From assembly GCA_903837785.1 (NCBI GenBank), contig CAILVY010000238.1, positions 40,116-104,115 of the forward strand: a stretch of 64,000 nt of DNA. Reading direction: 5' to 3'. How positions within the stretch are numbered: the first letter of the stretch is position 1; every line of letters begins with the position of its first letter. Of this stretch, positions 8,302 to 18,249 are shown piece after piece. Under the pieces are notes generated by a model, which saw nothing but the letters and a program-made list of their open reading frames with translations, had not been told where the DNA came from and searched no databases. Origin of the DNA: Candidatus Hydrogenedentota bacterium. GTDB taxonomy: Bacteria > Hydrogenedentota > Hydrogenedentia > Hydrogenedentales > CAILVY01. A program made the translations under genes and the position numbers.

Positions 8302-9500
8302 TGCGCGATTCATGGAAGCATAATCGTTGGCTTCAGGCGGCAGGCGCCGTGTGCCTGCTGGCGATCCTTGCTCTTCCGCTGTATATCGGACAGTCCTCGG
8401 AAACCGCGCCCATGCCGGCGGTCTCTCCGGAAGCGTGGGCGAGCCCGAATCTCCTCATCGACCGGAAGGACATCGATTCCATCAAGCAGGCCGTGGGGCG
8501 CAAGGATCCCGTGTTGACTGCCGCATGGCAGGACTTGTTCAAGACGGCGGACCCGATGTTGACGGACACGCCCGATCCGGTCGTGGGCGAGTTGAAGGTC
8601 CCCGGCTTTTATACGGCACAGCGCGAAACCCAGCAGCGCATCACGCGGCAGTTGCGGAAGGATGCGCGAACCGCCCATGCCCTCGCGCTGGCATTCGCCC
8701 TGTCCGGAAAGCCCGAATATGGGACGAAAGCGCGGGAATTCCTCTTTGCCTGGGTGCACTCCGTGACGAAGCCGGTGGATGCCGGTCCGTGGTGGCACAT
8801 CTACGATCTCGGGCATCGCGGCGACACGCCCCTCGTCGTTGCCTACAGCTTTCCGAGTTTCATCTACGCCTTTGATCTGTTGAAAGGCGAAGGCAGATTG
8901 AGTGAGGAAGACATTCAATCGTTTCGCGAATGGCTCCGCATCTTCGTGGCCTATCACCTCCGCGAAACCTGGTACAAGAACAACCACCACAACTGGCAGG
9001 TGCTCTTCCTCCTGTGTGCCGGGCATGCGCTCGAAGACCCGGCCCTTTTCGATCGCGCCGTGGCGTATTACCGGCACGGGCTTCGCACGCAGATTCGGGC
9101 GGATGGCGCGTTGCCCCGGGAACTGTGGCGCAAGGAGAAATCCGGAACGTATACGCTGATGGCTCTGGAGGCGATGGTTCAGGCCGTGCACATCGCGGAG
9201 CGTCACGGCTACGCCGGCATTCGCGACCTGCACTCCAGGAAAGGCGCCACGCTGGAAGATGCGTTGGACTTCTATATCCGGTATCTGGAGGATCCCGCGG
9301 CGTGGGCGAAGTTCACAAACGCCCGACAAGTAAACACGCCCGGGGAACCTTCGGATTGGGGATATATCTTTGAGCTTCCGTACCGCTGGTGGAAGAAAGA
9401 CCGCTATCTCGATTTCATGCTGAAGCGGCCCTACGGCTTTGGCGTGGAACGCTGCTACACGCTGGACTTCGCCACGCTCCTCTTTGCCCGGCCGCAATAG
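8301..9500 (+). CDS. Alginate-lyase-superfamily ((alpha/alpha) toroid polysaccharide lyase-like) protein
   Basis: There is a signal/TM segment ([28 protein letters not shown]). The NNHHNW motif matches the NNHxxW motif conserved in the alginate lyase / heparinase II/III superfamily, and Trp/Tyr-rich helical repeats follow. The gene is translationally coupled to the DUF1559 gene. Confidence 0.65.
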   Translation: MRDSWKHNRWLQAAGAVCLLAILALPLYIGQSSETAPMPAVSPEAWASPNLLIDRKDIDSIKQAVGRKDPVLTAAWQDLFKTADPMLTDTPDPVVGELKVPGFYTAQRETQQRITRQLRKDARTAHALALAFALSGKPEYGTKAREFLFAWVHSVTKPVDAGPWWHIYDLGHRGDTPLVVAYSFPSFIYAFDLLKGEGRLSEEDIQSFREWLRIFVAYHLRETWYKNNHHNWQVLFLLCAGHALEDPALFDRAVAYYRHGLRTQIRADGALPRELWRKEKSGTYTLMALEAMVQAVHIAERHGYAGIRDLHSRKGATLEDALDFYIRYLEDPAAWAKFTNARQVNTPGEPSDWGYIFELPYRWWKKDRYLDFMLKRPYGFGVERCYTLDFATLLFARPQ

Positions 9501-9515
9501 CCTGAAGGCATTCGC

Positions 9516-12500
9516 TCAGTTCCCGCCCAGCCGCATTGTCCATTCCGCAATGCGCTGCCGGTGCTGCCGGTACAGGCGTTCGTCCGTCGCGCTGTGCCAG
9601 ATGCGCCGGTCGCCCTGCTTCCGATAGTCGCGCGTTTCCACATACGCCAGGTCCGACAGTTCCATGATGTCGGTCTGCGCGATGCGCAATGCACGCTCCG
9701 CCTCGGCCATCGCCTCGGGATGCTTGCCCGTCTGCCGGCACCGGGCGATCGCTTCCTCGAGCAGGACCATCGCGCCCACGTCTTCGATGCCGTCGCGCAG
9801 CGCTTCCCAGCGTGCGCTCGGCACGGGCGGCACGCCCGGATAGACGAGGCCGTACTCGTCGTTGAAATCCTTGGCGCGCACCCAGGTGTCTTCCAGCGTG
9901 GTGCTGTGCGTCCACATGCCGATCCCGCTGAGCCCGAGGCGATGGGCGCGCCACGCGTTGGCGCGGTTGTAGCAGAGCGGCGACAGGCTCTTCACCTGGC
10001 TCACGCATTCATACGACCAGACCGGCTTTCCGCTCTGCAGGATGCGCTCGATGCGCGGATCCTTCGCGAGCAGCCCCGTCACGAGCCGCATGTTCGGGCA
10101 CCAGACATCAATCAGCGGCTCGATGCGCTGAAAGTCCTGCCAGCACAGTGACGGCACCGGGTCCGTGTAGATCCGAAGCTTGGGATCCGCCTCGCGGAAA
10201 AGCTCCGCGGCGTCCGTAAGCGCCGACAGGTTCTTGCCGAGATCGAGTCCGGGTTCGTCCACTGGGTAGAACGCGTAGTCCCCGTAATCCAGATTCTTCT
10301 CCGCGAGATGGTCGCGCAGGGCGCGGATATATGCAAGTTGCGCCGTGCGTTTCTCCGCATCGGAGGGCGGAGCCGCATGCGCGACTGCCGGGAGTCCCAC
10401 CTGCACCAGGATCTGTCCGCGGCCCCGGAGCAATTCGAGGTCCGCATCCAGCCTGCTCCAGTCGATGCTGAGATGCCCCTGGGCGTCCGCCTGGGCGGCC
10501 GGCACACTCGTGCGCGGATACACATTGACGCCGTGGCGGCCCATGTCATCGAGGGTCACGGCCGCACAGGATTCGGGAAACCACTTGTTGGGGACGTAAT
10601 CCCAAGTGCACAAGCGCAGCGGCGAAACTTCCGCAAGCGACAGGGGCAGCACCTCGATCTCGAAATCCAAATCGAGGCCGGCGACTTCGCGTTCCAGCGC
10701 CCGGACGTGAATCTTGCCGAGGTATTGTCCCGGTTTCGCGTCCTGCGCATCCACGCTGATCCACACTTTTGCGGCGTGTTGACCCGGAACGAGAAGCAGT
10801 TCCCCGCCGGCGAGCGCCGGCAGCGCATCGGCAACATATTCTCCGTTCAACGCCGGCACGGGCACCGCCTCACGCAGCGTGATTGCGCCGCCGAAGGGCA
10901 ATTTGTCCTCACGCGCCGGCCGGTCCATCGTGACGCGAAGGCGCCGCGCTTCCGGGAACGTGGAAGCCACCACGAAGGCGCCCTGATCCGCTTCGCCCTG
11001 ATACAGGCCTGTCACGCGCACCGACGGCTCGGCCGCGGCTTCCGGAATTATGACATCGGCGGCAAACGCGCCATGCGGGCACGCGGCCCAGGCGGTGATC
11101 TTATTCGGTGCGGGCACTTCCACGGCGGCGGCTTCGGGCGCCGGCCAGGATTCCTCGGCGAGCACGGTTCCGGACGCATCCTTAATCACCGCCCGCGCGG
11201 AGCGCGCATCGCTAGGCACGGGCAGTTCCCAGGCGGAGCGCGCCGTGAGGGCGCCCGTGATCACTCGTCTCGAACCGGGCCCTTCCGTGAACACATTGAC
11301 CGACAGCAAGCCGCCCTCCGGGTTGTTTATCAGGATGCGCGACACTTCGTTCACCCGCTCCGGAGCAAGCAGGGACACGGACACCTCTTTGGGCGTCCCC
11401 GCCGCGCCATAGGGCGAGACTGCCGGAGAAGGACTCAGCCGATATGCCAACAAGTACGAGGTGATGAGCACAATGCCCGGTTTCGGGCCGGCGATCACGA
11501 CTGGATTGGCGTTAAGCAGGCCGCTCAACAGCACATCGTCCGAAATCGTCCCGTCCTGCTTGAAAACATAGAGGTGGTGGGTGTAGCAGGGAACGAGAAT
11601 CTCGTCCTGGCCGTCGCCGTCCGCGTCGAAAAGCGCGGGACAGGCACGGGTCTTCCCGGGGAAGCGGTGCGTCCACAGCACGGTCCCCTCGAGGTTCAGC
11701 GCGTGAAGTGTGCCCCACAGACCGGTGCAGAGAATGACCCCTTGCTTTTCCGAATCCGCCGCGGGGCATATTGAAGCGATTTCCTCCCCCAGCGGGACCT
11801 TCCAGAGGATGCCGCCCCTCAGATCAAGCGCGGCCAGCGTGCCCTGTGCCGTGCCGCACAGTATCATCGCGTTCCCCGCCTTGTCCTTGTCTTCCACCGG
11901 CTCCGTGGACAATTCCTCCCCGAGATTCTGCGTCCACAACAGGTTTCCAAGGGGGTCCAAGGCGCAGAGCGAAGAACCCAGCGAGGCCAGGATGCAGGTG
12001 CCGCCGTCAGAAAGAACCAGTGAAAGCAAAGGCCCCTGACACGGACCCTTTTGTGGATTGACTTGCCAGACAGCTTTTCCGGACGCATCCAGACAGGTGA
12101 TCGCGCCGCTTTGATCGCCATAGCAGGCCAACACACCCGCCGCCGCACCCGTGCGGATCACCTTGGCCGGCAGGCCGCCGCCCCACGGCGTCTTCCCCGG
12201 CAATTGCGCTTCCCACGCCGGCTGGAACGCCCGGTCCAGCGCCGCAACCTTGCCTTCCACGCTGCAGAAGAGCCACTGCCGTGCCGCATCGTCGCCCAAC
12301 AAGCCCGGCGATGAGGTCCACTGGCCTTCGGGCAGGCGCGCCACGGCGCCATCCTGCCCCGAGCCCACCGGCGTGCCGTCTTCGCGCCAAACCATCACCT
12401 GCCCGAGACGGTTCACCGCAACAAGTTCGGGTTGGCCATCGCCGTCGCAATCGGCCCGCACGGGTGCGTTCTCGACCGGGTACTGGCCGGTCGGTTGAAC

Positions 12501-12569
12501 CCATTCGATCTTCATGGCCGAAGCCGAAAGGCAGCAGAGCAACGACATCACAACGAAACGCTTGATCAT
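9516..12569 (-). CDS. Secreted beta-propeller (FG-GAP/VCBS-like) protein with a C-terminal glycoside-hydrolase-like domain (possibly DUF4091/GH123-like)
   Basis: The signal peptide is MIKRFVVMSLLCCLSASA. The N-terminal half contains repeated DGDG/'LWT'/'VLWT' propeller-like blades. The C-terminal approximately 400 aa (DYVPNKWFPE...YECVSQV...NAWRAHRLGLSGIGMWTHS) resembles a TIM-barrel GH-like domain. Confidence 0.6.
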   Translation of the reverse strand: MIKRFVVMSLLCCLSASAMKIEWVQPTGQYPVENAPVRADCDGDGQPELVAVNRLGQVMVWREDGTPVGSGQDGAVARLPEGQWTSSPGLLGDDAARQWLFCSVEGKVAALDRAFQPAWEAQLPGKTPWGGGLPAKVIRTGAAAGVLACYGDQSGAITCLDASGKAVWQVNPQKGPCQGPLLSLVLSDGGTCILASLGSSLCALDPLGNLLWTQNLGEELSTEPVEDKDKAGNAMILCGTAQGTLAALDLRGGILWKVPLGEEIASICPAADSEKQGVILCTGLWGTLHALNLEGTVLWTHRFPGKTRACPALFDADGDGQDEILVPCYTHHLYVFKQDGTISDDVLLSGLLNANPVVIAGPKPGIVLITSYLLAYRLSPSPAVSPYGAAGTPKEVSVSLLAPERVNEVSRILINNPEGGLLSVNVFTEGPGSRRVITGALTARSAWELPVPSDARSARAVIKDASGTVLAEESWPAPEAAAVEVPAPNKITAWAACPHGAFAADVIIPEAAAEPSVRVTGLYQGEADQGAFVVASTFPEARRLRVTMDRPAREDKLPFGGAITLREAVPVPALNGEYVADALPALAGGELLLVPGQHAAKVWISVDAQDAKPGQYLGKIHVRALEREVAGLDLDFEIEVLPLSLAEVSPLRLCTWDYVPNKWFPESCAAVTLDDMGRHGVNVYPRTSVPAAQADAQGHLSIDWSRLDADLELLRGRGQILVQVGLPAVAHAAPPSDAEKRTAQLAYIRALRDHLAEKNLDYGDYAFYPVDEPGLDLGKNLSALTDAAELFREADPKLRIYTDPVPSLCWQDFQRIEPLIDVWCPNMRLVTGLLAKDPRIERILQSGKPVWSYECVSQVKSLSPLCYNRANAWRAHRLGLSGIGMWTHSTTLEDTWVRAKDFNDEYGLVYPGVPPVPSARWEALRDGIEDVGAMVLLEEAIARCRQTGKHPEAMAEAERALRIAQTDIMELSDLAYVETRDYRKQGDRRIWHSATDERLYRQHRQRIAEWTMRLGGN

Positions 12570-12748
12570 GGGATCACCTTTCTCCGGGCGGCGCGCCGAA
12601 CACATTCTAAGCCACGCCGTCCCGCGAGTACAGATTCAAATCAGGAACCCCATTTGACTGCTTGCCGGAAGCGCCCGGGCACGCCAGTTGCTTTTTGGGG
12701 GGAACGAACGATATCTTGGAACAACTTACTCTTAGGAGACTGGGAACC

Positions 12749-14578
12749 GTGAAGCTTCGAAACTGGGCCATCATGCTGTTGCCGGGCTTGCTCCTGGCGT
12801 CCCTCGCCGCGGCGGAAAACTATCTTTCGCCGCTGGTTTTGACCGCGGACCGCGAGGGCAAGACATTGTATGTCGCGGAGTCCGGCGCCAACCAGGTGGC
12901 CGTCTTCGACGTCGGCGGCACGGCGGTGGCCAAGGCCCTCCCCGTTCCCGGCACGCCCGGCGGCCTGGCGCTGTCGCCCGACGGCAAACTGTTGTATGTG
13001 ACGGAAGCCGCGCCGCAAGGCCGGGTCCACGCCCTGGATCTTGCCGCGGGAACCGTGGCCTTCTCCGTGCCGGTGGGACACACCCCCGGAGCGCCCGTGC
13101 TGAGCCCGGACGGCGCAACGCTCTTCGTGTGCAATCGTTTCAACAACAACGTCTCCGTGGTGGACATCGCGTCCAAGGCCGAAACCGCCCGGATTCCGGT
13201 TTCGCGCGAACCGGTCGCCGCGGCCGTTACGCCGGATGGCAAGAGCCTCTTTGTCGCCAATCTTCTTCCGGCCGGAACCTCCGACGGGGATTATTCCGCC
13301 GCGGTCGTGTCCGTCATTGACACGGCCTCACGACAAGTGGCCGTCGAAATCAAACTGCCCAACGGATGCTCGAGTCTCCGCGGACTCTGCATTTCCCCGG
13401 ACGGCGCCTTTGTCTACGTGACGCATCTGCTCTCCCGCTATCAATTGCCGACCACGCAACTGGAGCGCGGCTGGATGAACACGAACGCCATCAGCGTGGT
13501 CGACGCCGCACAGCGCACGCTGGTGAATACCGTGCTGCTGGATGACGTGGACCTCGGCGCGGCGAACCCCTGGGGTGTTGCGTGCAGCGGCGACGGCAAG
13601 TTCCTGTGCGTGGCGCAGGCGGGCACGCACGAAATCAGCGTGATCGATCGCGCGGGCCTGCAGGACAAACTGGCGAAAGTGGCCGCGGGCGAAAAAGTAT
13701 CGGAGGTCTCGCAGACCGCCGCCGACGTGCCGAATGACCTCGCCTTCCTTGTGGGACTGAAACGGCGCATCGCCCTGAAGGGCAACGGGCCGCGCGGACT
13801 GGCCGTGGTCGGCGCCACCGCCTATGCCGCGGAGTATTTCACGGACAGCCTGGGTGTAGTGAACATCGATCCGGCTTCCCGCGCGGAAGCGAAGTCCATT
13901 GCGCTGGGCCCGAAGACTGAAATGACTGCCGTCCGCAAGGGCGAGATGTTCTTCAATGATGCCGGGCTGTGCTTCCAGCACTGGCAATCCTGTGAAAGCT
14001 GCCATCCCGATGCCCGGGTGGACGGCCTGAATTGGGATCTCATGAACGACGGCATCGGCAATCCGAAGAATACCCGGAGCATGTTGATGACGCATCAAAC
14101 CCCTCCGGTGATGAGTCTGGGCGTGCGCGAGACCGCGGAGAAAGCCGTGCGCTCGGGCATCCGTTTCATCCAGTTCGCCGTGCGCCCCGAAGAGGACGCC
14201 GTCGCCATCGACGAATACCTGAAGTCCCTGAAGCCGGTGCCGAGTCCCTATCTCGTGGACGGCAAGCCCAGCGCGGCCGCCGAGCGCGGCGCGAAGCTCT
14301 TTGAACAGGCGGGTTGTGCGGCCTGTCATCCCGCCCCGTTGTACACTGACTTGCAGCAGTACAATCTGGGGCTGGGCAGAGACAGCGAAAAGGACAAGTC
14401 CTTTGACACGCCCACGCTCGTGGAAGTCTGGCGCACGGCCCCCTATCTGTACGATGGGCGCGCGGCGTCCATGCGCGACCTCTTCGCCAAGTTCAACACG
14501 GAAGGAAAGCACGGCAACACGGCCGGTCTCAGCGACGCCGAAATGAACGACCTGATCGAATACGTGCTGAGCCGCTAG
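12749..14578 (+). CDS. YVTN-type beta-propeller fused to a di-haem cytochrome c peroxidase-like domain
   Basis: A GTG start at 12749 is preceded by AGGAGA (alternative ATG starts at 12662 and 12773). A signal peptide is present. Repeated 'SPDGK/TL(Y/F)V(T/A)N' blades are visible. Two CxxCH haem-binding motifs are present (CESCHP and CAACHP). Confidence 0.75.
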   Translation: MKLRNWAIMLLPGLLLASLAAAENYLSPLVLTADREGKTLYVAESGANQVAVFDVGGTAVAKALPVPGTPGGLALSPDGKLLYVTEAAPQGRVHALDLAAGTVAFSVPVGHTPGAPVLSPDGATLFVCNRFNNNVSVVDIASKAETARIPVSREPVAAAVTPDGKSLFVANLLPAGTSDGDYSAAVVSVIDTASRQVAVEIKLPNGCSSLRGLCISPDGAFVYVTHLLSRYQLPTTQLERGWMNTNAISVVDAAQRTLVNTVLLDDVDLGAANPWGVACSGDGKFLCVAQAGTHEISVIDRAGLQDKLAKVAAGEKVSEVSQTAADVPNDLAFLVGLKRRIALKGNGPRGLAVVGATAYAAEYFTDSLGVVNIDPASRAEAKSIALGPKTEMTAVRKGEMFFNDAGLCFQHWQSCESCHPDARVDGLNWDLMNDGIGNPKNTRSMLMTHQTPPVMSLGVRETAEKAVRSGIRFIQFAVRPEEDAVAIDEYLKSLKPVPSPYLVDGKPSAAAERGAKLFEQAGCAACHPAPLYTDLQQYNLGLGRDSEKDKSFDTPTLVEVWRTAPYLYDGRAASMRDLFAKFNTEGKHGNTAGLSDAEMNDLIEYVLSR

Positions 14579-14667
14579 GTCCTTGCCGTAAAGTTGATTG
14601 GCGGAACGGGACTGTTTACTGTACGTAGGCTGTGATTTGGGGCGAGGCCGTCAACGGGGTGACGAAC

Positions 14668-15585
14668 GTGGCAACGATTCTGATCGTGGACGATGACCAG
14701 CAACTGGTGAATACCATCGTCGCCAAACTGTCTGCGGCAGGGCATGTCTGCCTTCGCTCCAACGATGGCGAAAAGGCCCTCGAAATCCTGAGCCGCGAAG
14801 CGATCGATTTGCTGATCCTGGACGTCATGATCCCCGGCATCTCCGGTTTCGAAGTCTGCCGCCGCATTCATACGAACACGGAGCTGTATGCCCTGCCCAT
14901 CCTGTTCATCTCCGCCATGAGCGGAGAGGAAGAAGTCGCGCACGGGCTGGCCCAGGGCGCAGACGATTATCTGCCCAAGCCGTTCAAGACCGACCTGCTG
15001 CTGAATCGCGTGAATGCCTTGCTCGCCACGAGCGCGCGCAACGCCCTCACGGATGAGTTGACCGGGCTGCCCGGCCCAAAACACGCCAAACTGGAAATCC
15101 AGCGCGCGGTCAACCTCAAGTTGCGCTTCGCCGTGATTTATGCCGAGCTCCTGCACATGGCCGAGTTCGCGCGGGCGTTGGGCAATGAGGCGCGGGCGAA
15201 AGCCATCCGGCATCTGGGCCGGGGCCTGCACATGTGCGGCCCCGAGTTCCCCTCCAAGATTTTCACCGTGGGCCACATGGGCGGCGGGCACTTTGTGTGC
15301 ATCATCGAGCCGCAGCTCGCGGAAGACTACTGCCGAACCGTCGGCAGGCTTTGGCGCAAGCACCGGCCCGCGCTGCAGGAATCGCTGGGGATCCCCGGCC
15401 AGGCCTCGGGAAATTTCCCCGCGGGCATCCCCGAGCCGGAACTGCTGTTTTGCATCGCCGTGCACGAGCCGTCGGATCGCGGCGCATCGCACGAAATCTT
15501 CGAAACGCTCACCCACCTCCGCCAGGGCGCGCTGGCCGCAAGCGGCGCGGGCATCTACACCGACCGGCGCCACGCTCCGCTTTGA
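14668..15585 (+). CDS. Response regulator with an N-terminal receiver domain and a degenerate (probably inactive) GGDEF domain
   Basis: The receiver domain reads ATILIVDDDQQLVNTIV...DLLILDVMIPGISGFEV...ADDYLPKPF. The GGDEF-like domain reads LTDELTGLPGP...HMGGGHFVCII, with GGDEF replaced by GGGHF and the DxD metal site lost. The start is uncertain, with GTG candidates at 14632, 14659 and 14668. Confidence 0.7.
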   Translation: MATILIVDDDQQLVNTIVAKLSAAGHVCLRSNDGEKALEILSREAIDLLILDVMIPGISGFEVCRRIHTNTELYALPILFISAMSGEEEVAHGLAQGADDYLPKPFKTDLLLNRVNALLATSARNALTDELTGLPGPKHAKLEIQRAVNLKLRFAVIYAELLHMAEFARALGNEARAKAIRHLGRGLHMCGPEFPSKIFTVGHMGGGHFVCIIEPQLAEDYCRTVGRLWRKHRPALQESLGIPGQASGNFPAGIPEPELLFCIAVHEPSDRGASHEIFETLTHLRQGALAASGAGIYTDRRHAPL

Positions 15586-15725
15586 TTTCCGCCCCCGGCA
15601 CGCCCTATCATATGGTTCCCATCCGGATACACTCCAGAAGCGGCCGCGGGAAACGTGAAAATGGATGGCGTGCCGGCCAGCCTGGATGAGCGCGGCGGAT
15701 TGCCGCATAACATCGGTAACTTAGT

Positions 15726-17027
15726 ATGCGCAGGAGCATTGTACACGAAGGGGCCAAGAACCTCAGTTACGAAATCCGCGAGATCGTCATCGTCGCGCGG
15801 CAGATTCGGGAACTCGGCCAGCAGATCACCTGGGAGAACATTGGCGACCCCATCGAGAAGGGCGAGGAGATCGCCCCGTGGATCCGCGAGATCCTCCACG
15901 AACTGCTCGATGAACAGGCCTCCTACGGCTACTGCGACACGGCAGGCGTGCCCGAAGTGCGCGAATTCCTCGCGCAAACCGTCAACCGCCGCGGCGGTTC
16001 CGTCCGCATCGCGCCCGACGACATCATCTTCTTCAACGGCATCGGCGACGCCGTGGCAAAGGTGTACGGCTTCCTCAAGCGGGAAGCGCGCGTGCTCGGG
16101 CCCTCGCCCGCCTACAGCACGCACTCCTCGGCCGAGGCCGCACACTCCGGCTACGGCCACGTGACGTATCAGCTCGATCCGTACAACGGCTGGCTGCCCG
16201 ACCTCTACGATCTGCGCAACAAGGTGAAGTACAACGACTCCATCGCGGGCATCCTCCTGCTCTCGCCGGACAACCCCACCGGCGCGGTCTATCCCCGGGG
16301 CATCCTTGAGGAAATGGTCAAGATCGCGAAGGACAACGGCCTCTTCATCATCTCGGACGAGATCTACACGCACATCGTGTACGAAGGATACCCGCATCTT
16401 CACATGAGCCAGTGGATCGACAATGTGCCGGGGCTCTCGATGCGCGGGATCAGCAAGGAATACCCCTGGCCCGGCGCACGCTGCGGCTGGATCGAGGTGT
16501 ACAACAAGGACAAGGACGACAACTTCGCCACGTACGTCAACAGCCTGCTGGCGGCCAAGCGCCTCGAAGTCTGCTCGACCACGTTGCCGCAAATGAGCAT
16601 CCCCCGCGTCCTGGGCGATGCCCGTTACCCCGATCACCTGCGCCGGCGCGCGGCCATGTTCAACAAGCGCGCCGACGAAGCCATGGCCGCGTTTCGCGGC
16701 TGCGATTCCGTCGTCGTGAACAAGCCGGGCGGCGCGTTCTATCTCACAGTGATGTTCAAAGACGGCATGCTGAACAACCGGCAGAGCCTGCCCATCGAGA
16801 ACCCGACCGTGCGCGCGCGCATCGAGGAACTCGTGAAGAACGTGACGCCGGACAAGCGCTTCGTCTATTACCTCATGGGCGCGTTCGGCATCGTCGTGGT
16901 TCCGCTGACGGGCTTCCAGTGCGATCATGCGGGTTTCCGCATGACCCTGCTCGAAACCAACGACGAGAAGCGCGCCTGGATTCTCAAGACCCTGCGCAAC
17001 GCCATCGACGCGTACGTGAGCAGTTGA
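15726..17027 (+). CDS. PLP-dependent aminotransferase, class I/II (alanine aminotransferase-like)
   Basis: The 433-aa protein has a PLP-lysine region (SMRGISKEYPWPGARCGW) and typical fold-I motifs (NPTGAVY, FIISDEIY). Confidence 0.85.
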   Translation: MRRSIVHEGAKNLSYEIREIVIVARQIRELGQQITWENIGDPIEKGEEIAPWIREILHELLDEQASYGYCDTAGVPEVREFLAQTVNRRGGSVRIAPDDIIFFNGIGDAVAKVYGFLKREARVLGPSPAYSTHSSAEAAHSGYGHVTYQLDPYNGWLPDLYDLRNKVKYNDSIAGILLLSPDNPTGAVYPRGILEEMVKIAKDNGLFIISDEIYTHIVYEGYPHLHMSQWIDNVPGLSMRGISKEYPWPGARCGWIEVYNKDKDDNFATYVNSLLAAKRLEVCSTTLPQMSIPRVLGDARYPDHLRRRAAMFNKRADEAMAAFRGCDSVVVNKPGGAFYLTVMFKDGMLNNRQSLPIENPTVRARIEELVKNVTPDKRFVYYLMGAFGIVVVPLTGFQCDHAGFRMTLLETNDEKRAWILKTLRNAIDAYVSS

Positions 17028-17045
17028 TCGCCCGGGCAGAATGGA

Positions 17046-18017
17046 TCAGCCGGCCTTCCCCGGCTTGTCCTGCAGCGCCGGGATAAAATCGTCCACGTCA
17101 AACACGAAGCCGTAGGCCAGCGCCACGCGCCACAACGCCTGTTCCTTCTCCAGCTCGTGTTTTGCGCTCTCCTTGCTCTCCACGGCCGTCGTCGCCTGGC
17201 GCAGCGCGGAGCACATCACCCCGTACTGCTGCATGTCCGCCATGCCTCCCGGCGACAACAACAGGCACCAGTTGATCGCAAAGCCGCAGTACACGAGGTG
17301 ATTGATGCCGTGGTGCCGACACAGCGCGAAAAGCTGCCGGCCGTTCTCCGCGACGCCTTCTTCCCCCAACGGCCGCGCCTGCGGCGCGAAATCCAGCCGC
17401 GCGAAACCGCGCTCCACATCGGCCGCGTTGTGCGTGCCGACAAACACGTTCGCGTTCCGAAACGCGTCGAGCTGTTTGCGTTGTTCATCCCGGGGAACCT
17501 GGCCGGGCGGCGGCAGCGGCGGGCCGGCGAGTTCCAGCGCCCGCTTGTACCCCGGCAGCTCCTGATAGTAGTTCCCGCTGCCCACAACGTGGAACAGCGT
17601 CAGCCCCGAGGCGCGCACCGCCGACAGGAGCGGGGGAAACACCTGCTCGAGAATCGCATTCGCGCGGGCGATATACGGAACGCAGCGCCACCACCCCGGG
17701 AACTGTTCGCGTGTCCCCGCATCCCAAGCGTGCATCACGACGATCGCCGTGTGCGTCTTCGGAAAATCGAGCTCGGCCTTCTTCCATCCGCCAAAATGCT
17801 CCTCCGGCACGGGCAGATCGAAGTCTGCATCGAAATGCTGATAGAACCACGCGGGAATCCGCAGGAGCGGACCCCCCGCGGCCGCCTCAGGCACCGCCGG
17901 CGCGGCCGCCGTGCCGGACACGCCCAACATGGGCGCCGCAAGGCCGCCTCCCAAGGCCACGCTTACCCGCGTCAGCATGGACCGCCGCGTCATATTTCCG
18001 CGCTTGCCGTTTGTCAT
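17046..18017 (-). CDS. Tat-signal protein, isochorismatase-family-like cysteine hydrolase (tentative)
   Basis: A twin-arginine-like leader is present (MTNGKRGNMTRRSMLTRVSVALGGGLAAP). The segment LVYCGFAINWCLLLS resembles the isochorismatase-family catalytic Cys region. The start was set at the internal ATG at 18017. Confidence 0.45.
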   Translation of the reverse strand: MTNGKRGNMTRRSMLTRVSVALGGGLAAPMLGVSGTAAAPAVPEAAAGGPLLRIPAWFYQHFDADFDLPVPEEHFGGWKKAELDFPKTHTAIVVMHAWDAGTREQFPGWWRCVPYIARANAILEQVFPPLLSAVRASGLTLFHVVGSGNYYQELPGYKRALELAGPPLPPPGQVPRDEQRKQLDAFRNANVFVGTHNAADVERGFARLDFAPQARPLGEEGVAENGRQLFALCRHHGINHLVYCGFAINWCLLLSPGGMADMQQYGVMCSALRQATTAVESKESAKHELEKEQALWRVALAYGFVFDVDDFIPALQDKPGKAG

Positions 18018-18249
18018 GATCGAGCCCTTTCGCGCTGGCTCCCGATACGATAGCCGTTCCCGGACGGCCCCGCAAACGGATAGTCGAGGCGGGATGCAGT
18101 CCCCTCGGCGCGGAGCGAAGGCCCGGCACCCCGGGCGACGCGTGCCAAGCACGAGCCGGAGATATTCATGCAGGCTGCCGTGTGTTGCCCGTTCCGTTCT
18201 CTCCGACAAGAAACGTCATGCCGGAAGTATGGCAGGCAGCGGCCCGAAC

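Noticed and set aside
10308-11774. 488-aa plus-strand ORF
   Set aside because: It is antisense to the signal-peptide propeller/GH-like gene (9516-12569), which has recognisable domains.
13328-14512. 394-aa minus-strand ORF
   Set aside because: It is antisense to the YVTN/cytochrome c peroxidase gene, which carries two CxxCH motifs.
15555-16928. 457-aa minus-strand ORF
   Set aside because: It is antisense to the PLP aminotransferase and has no domain signatures.
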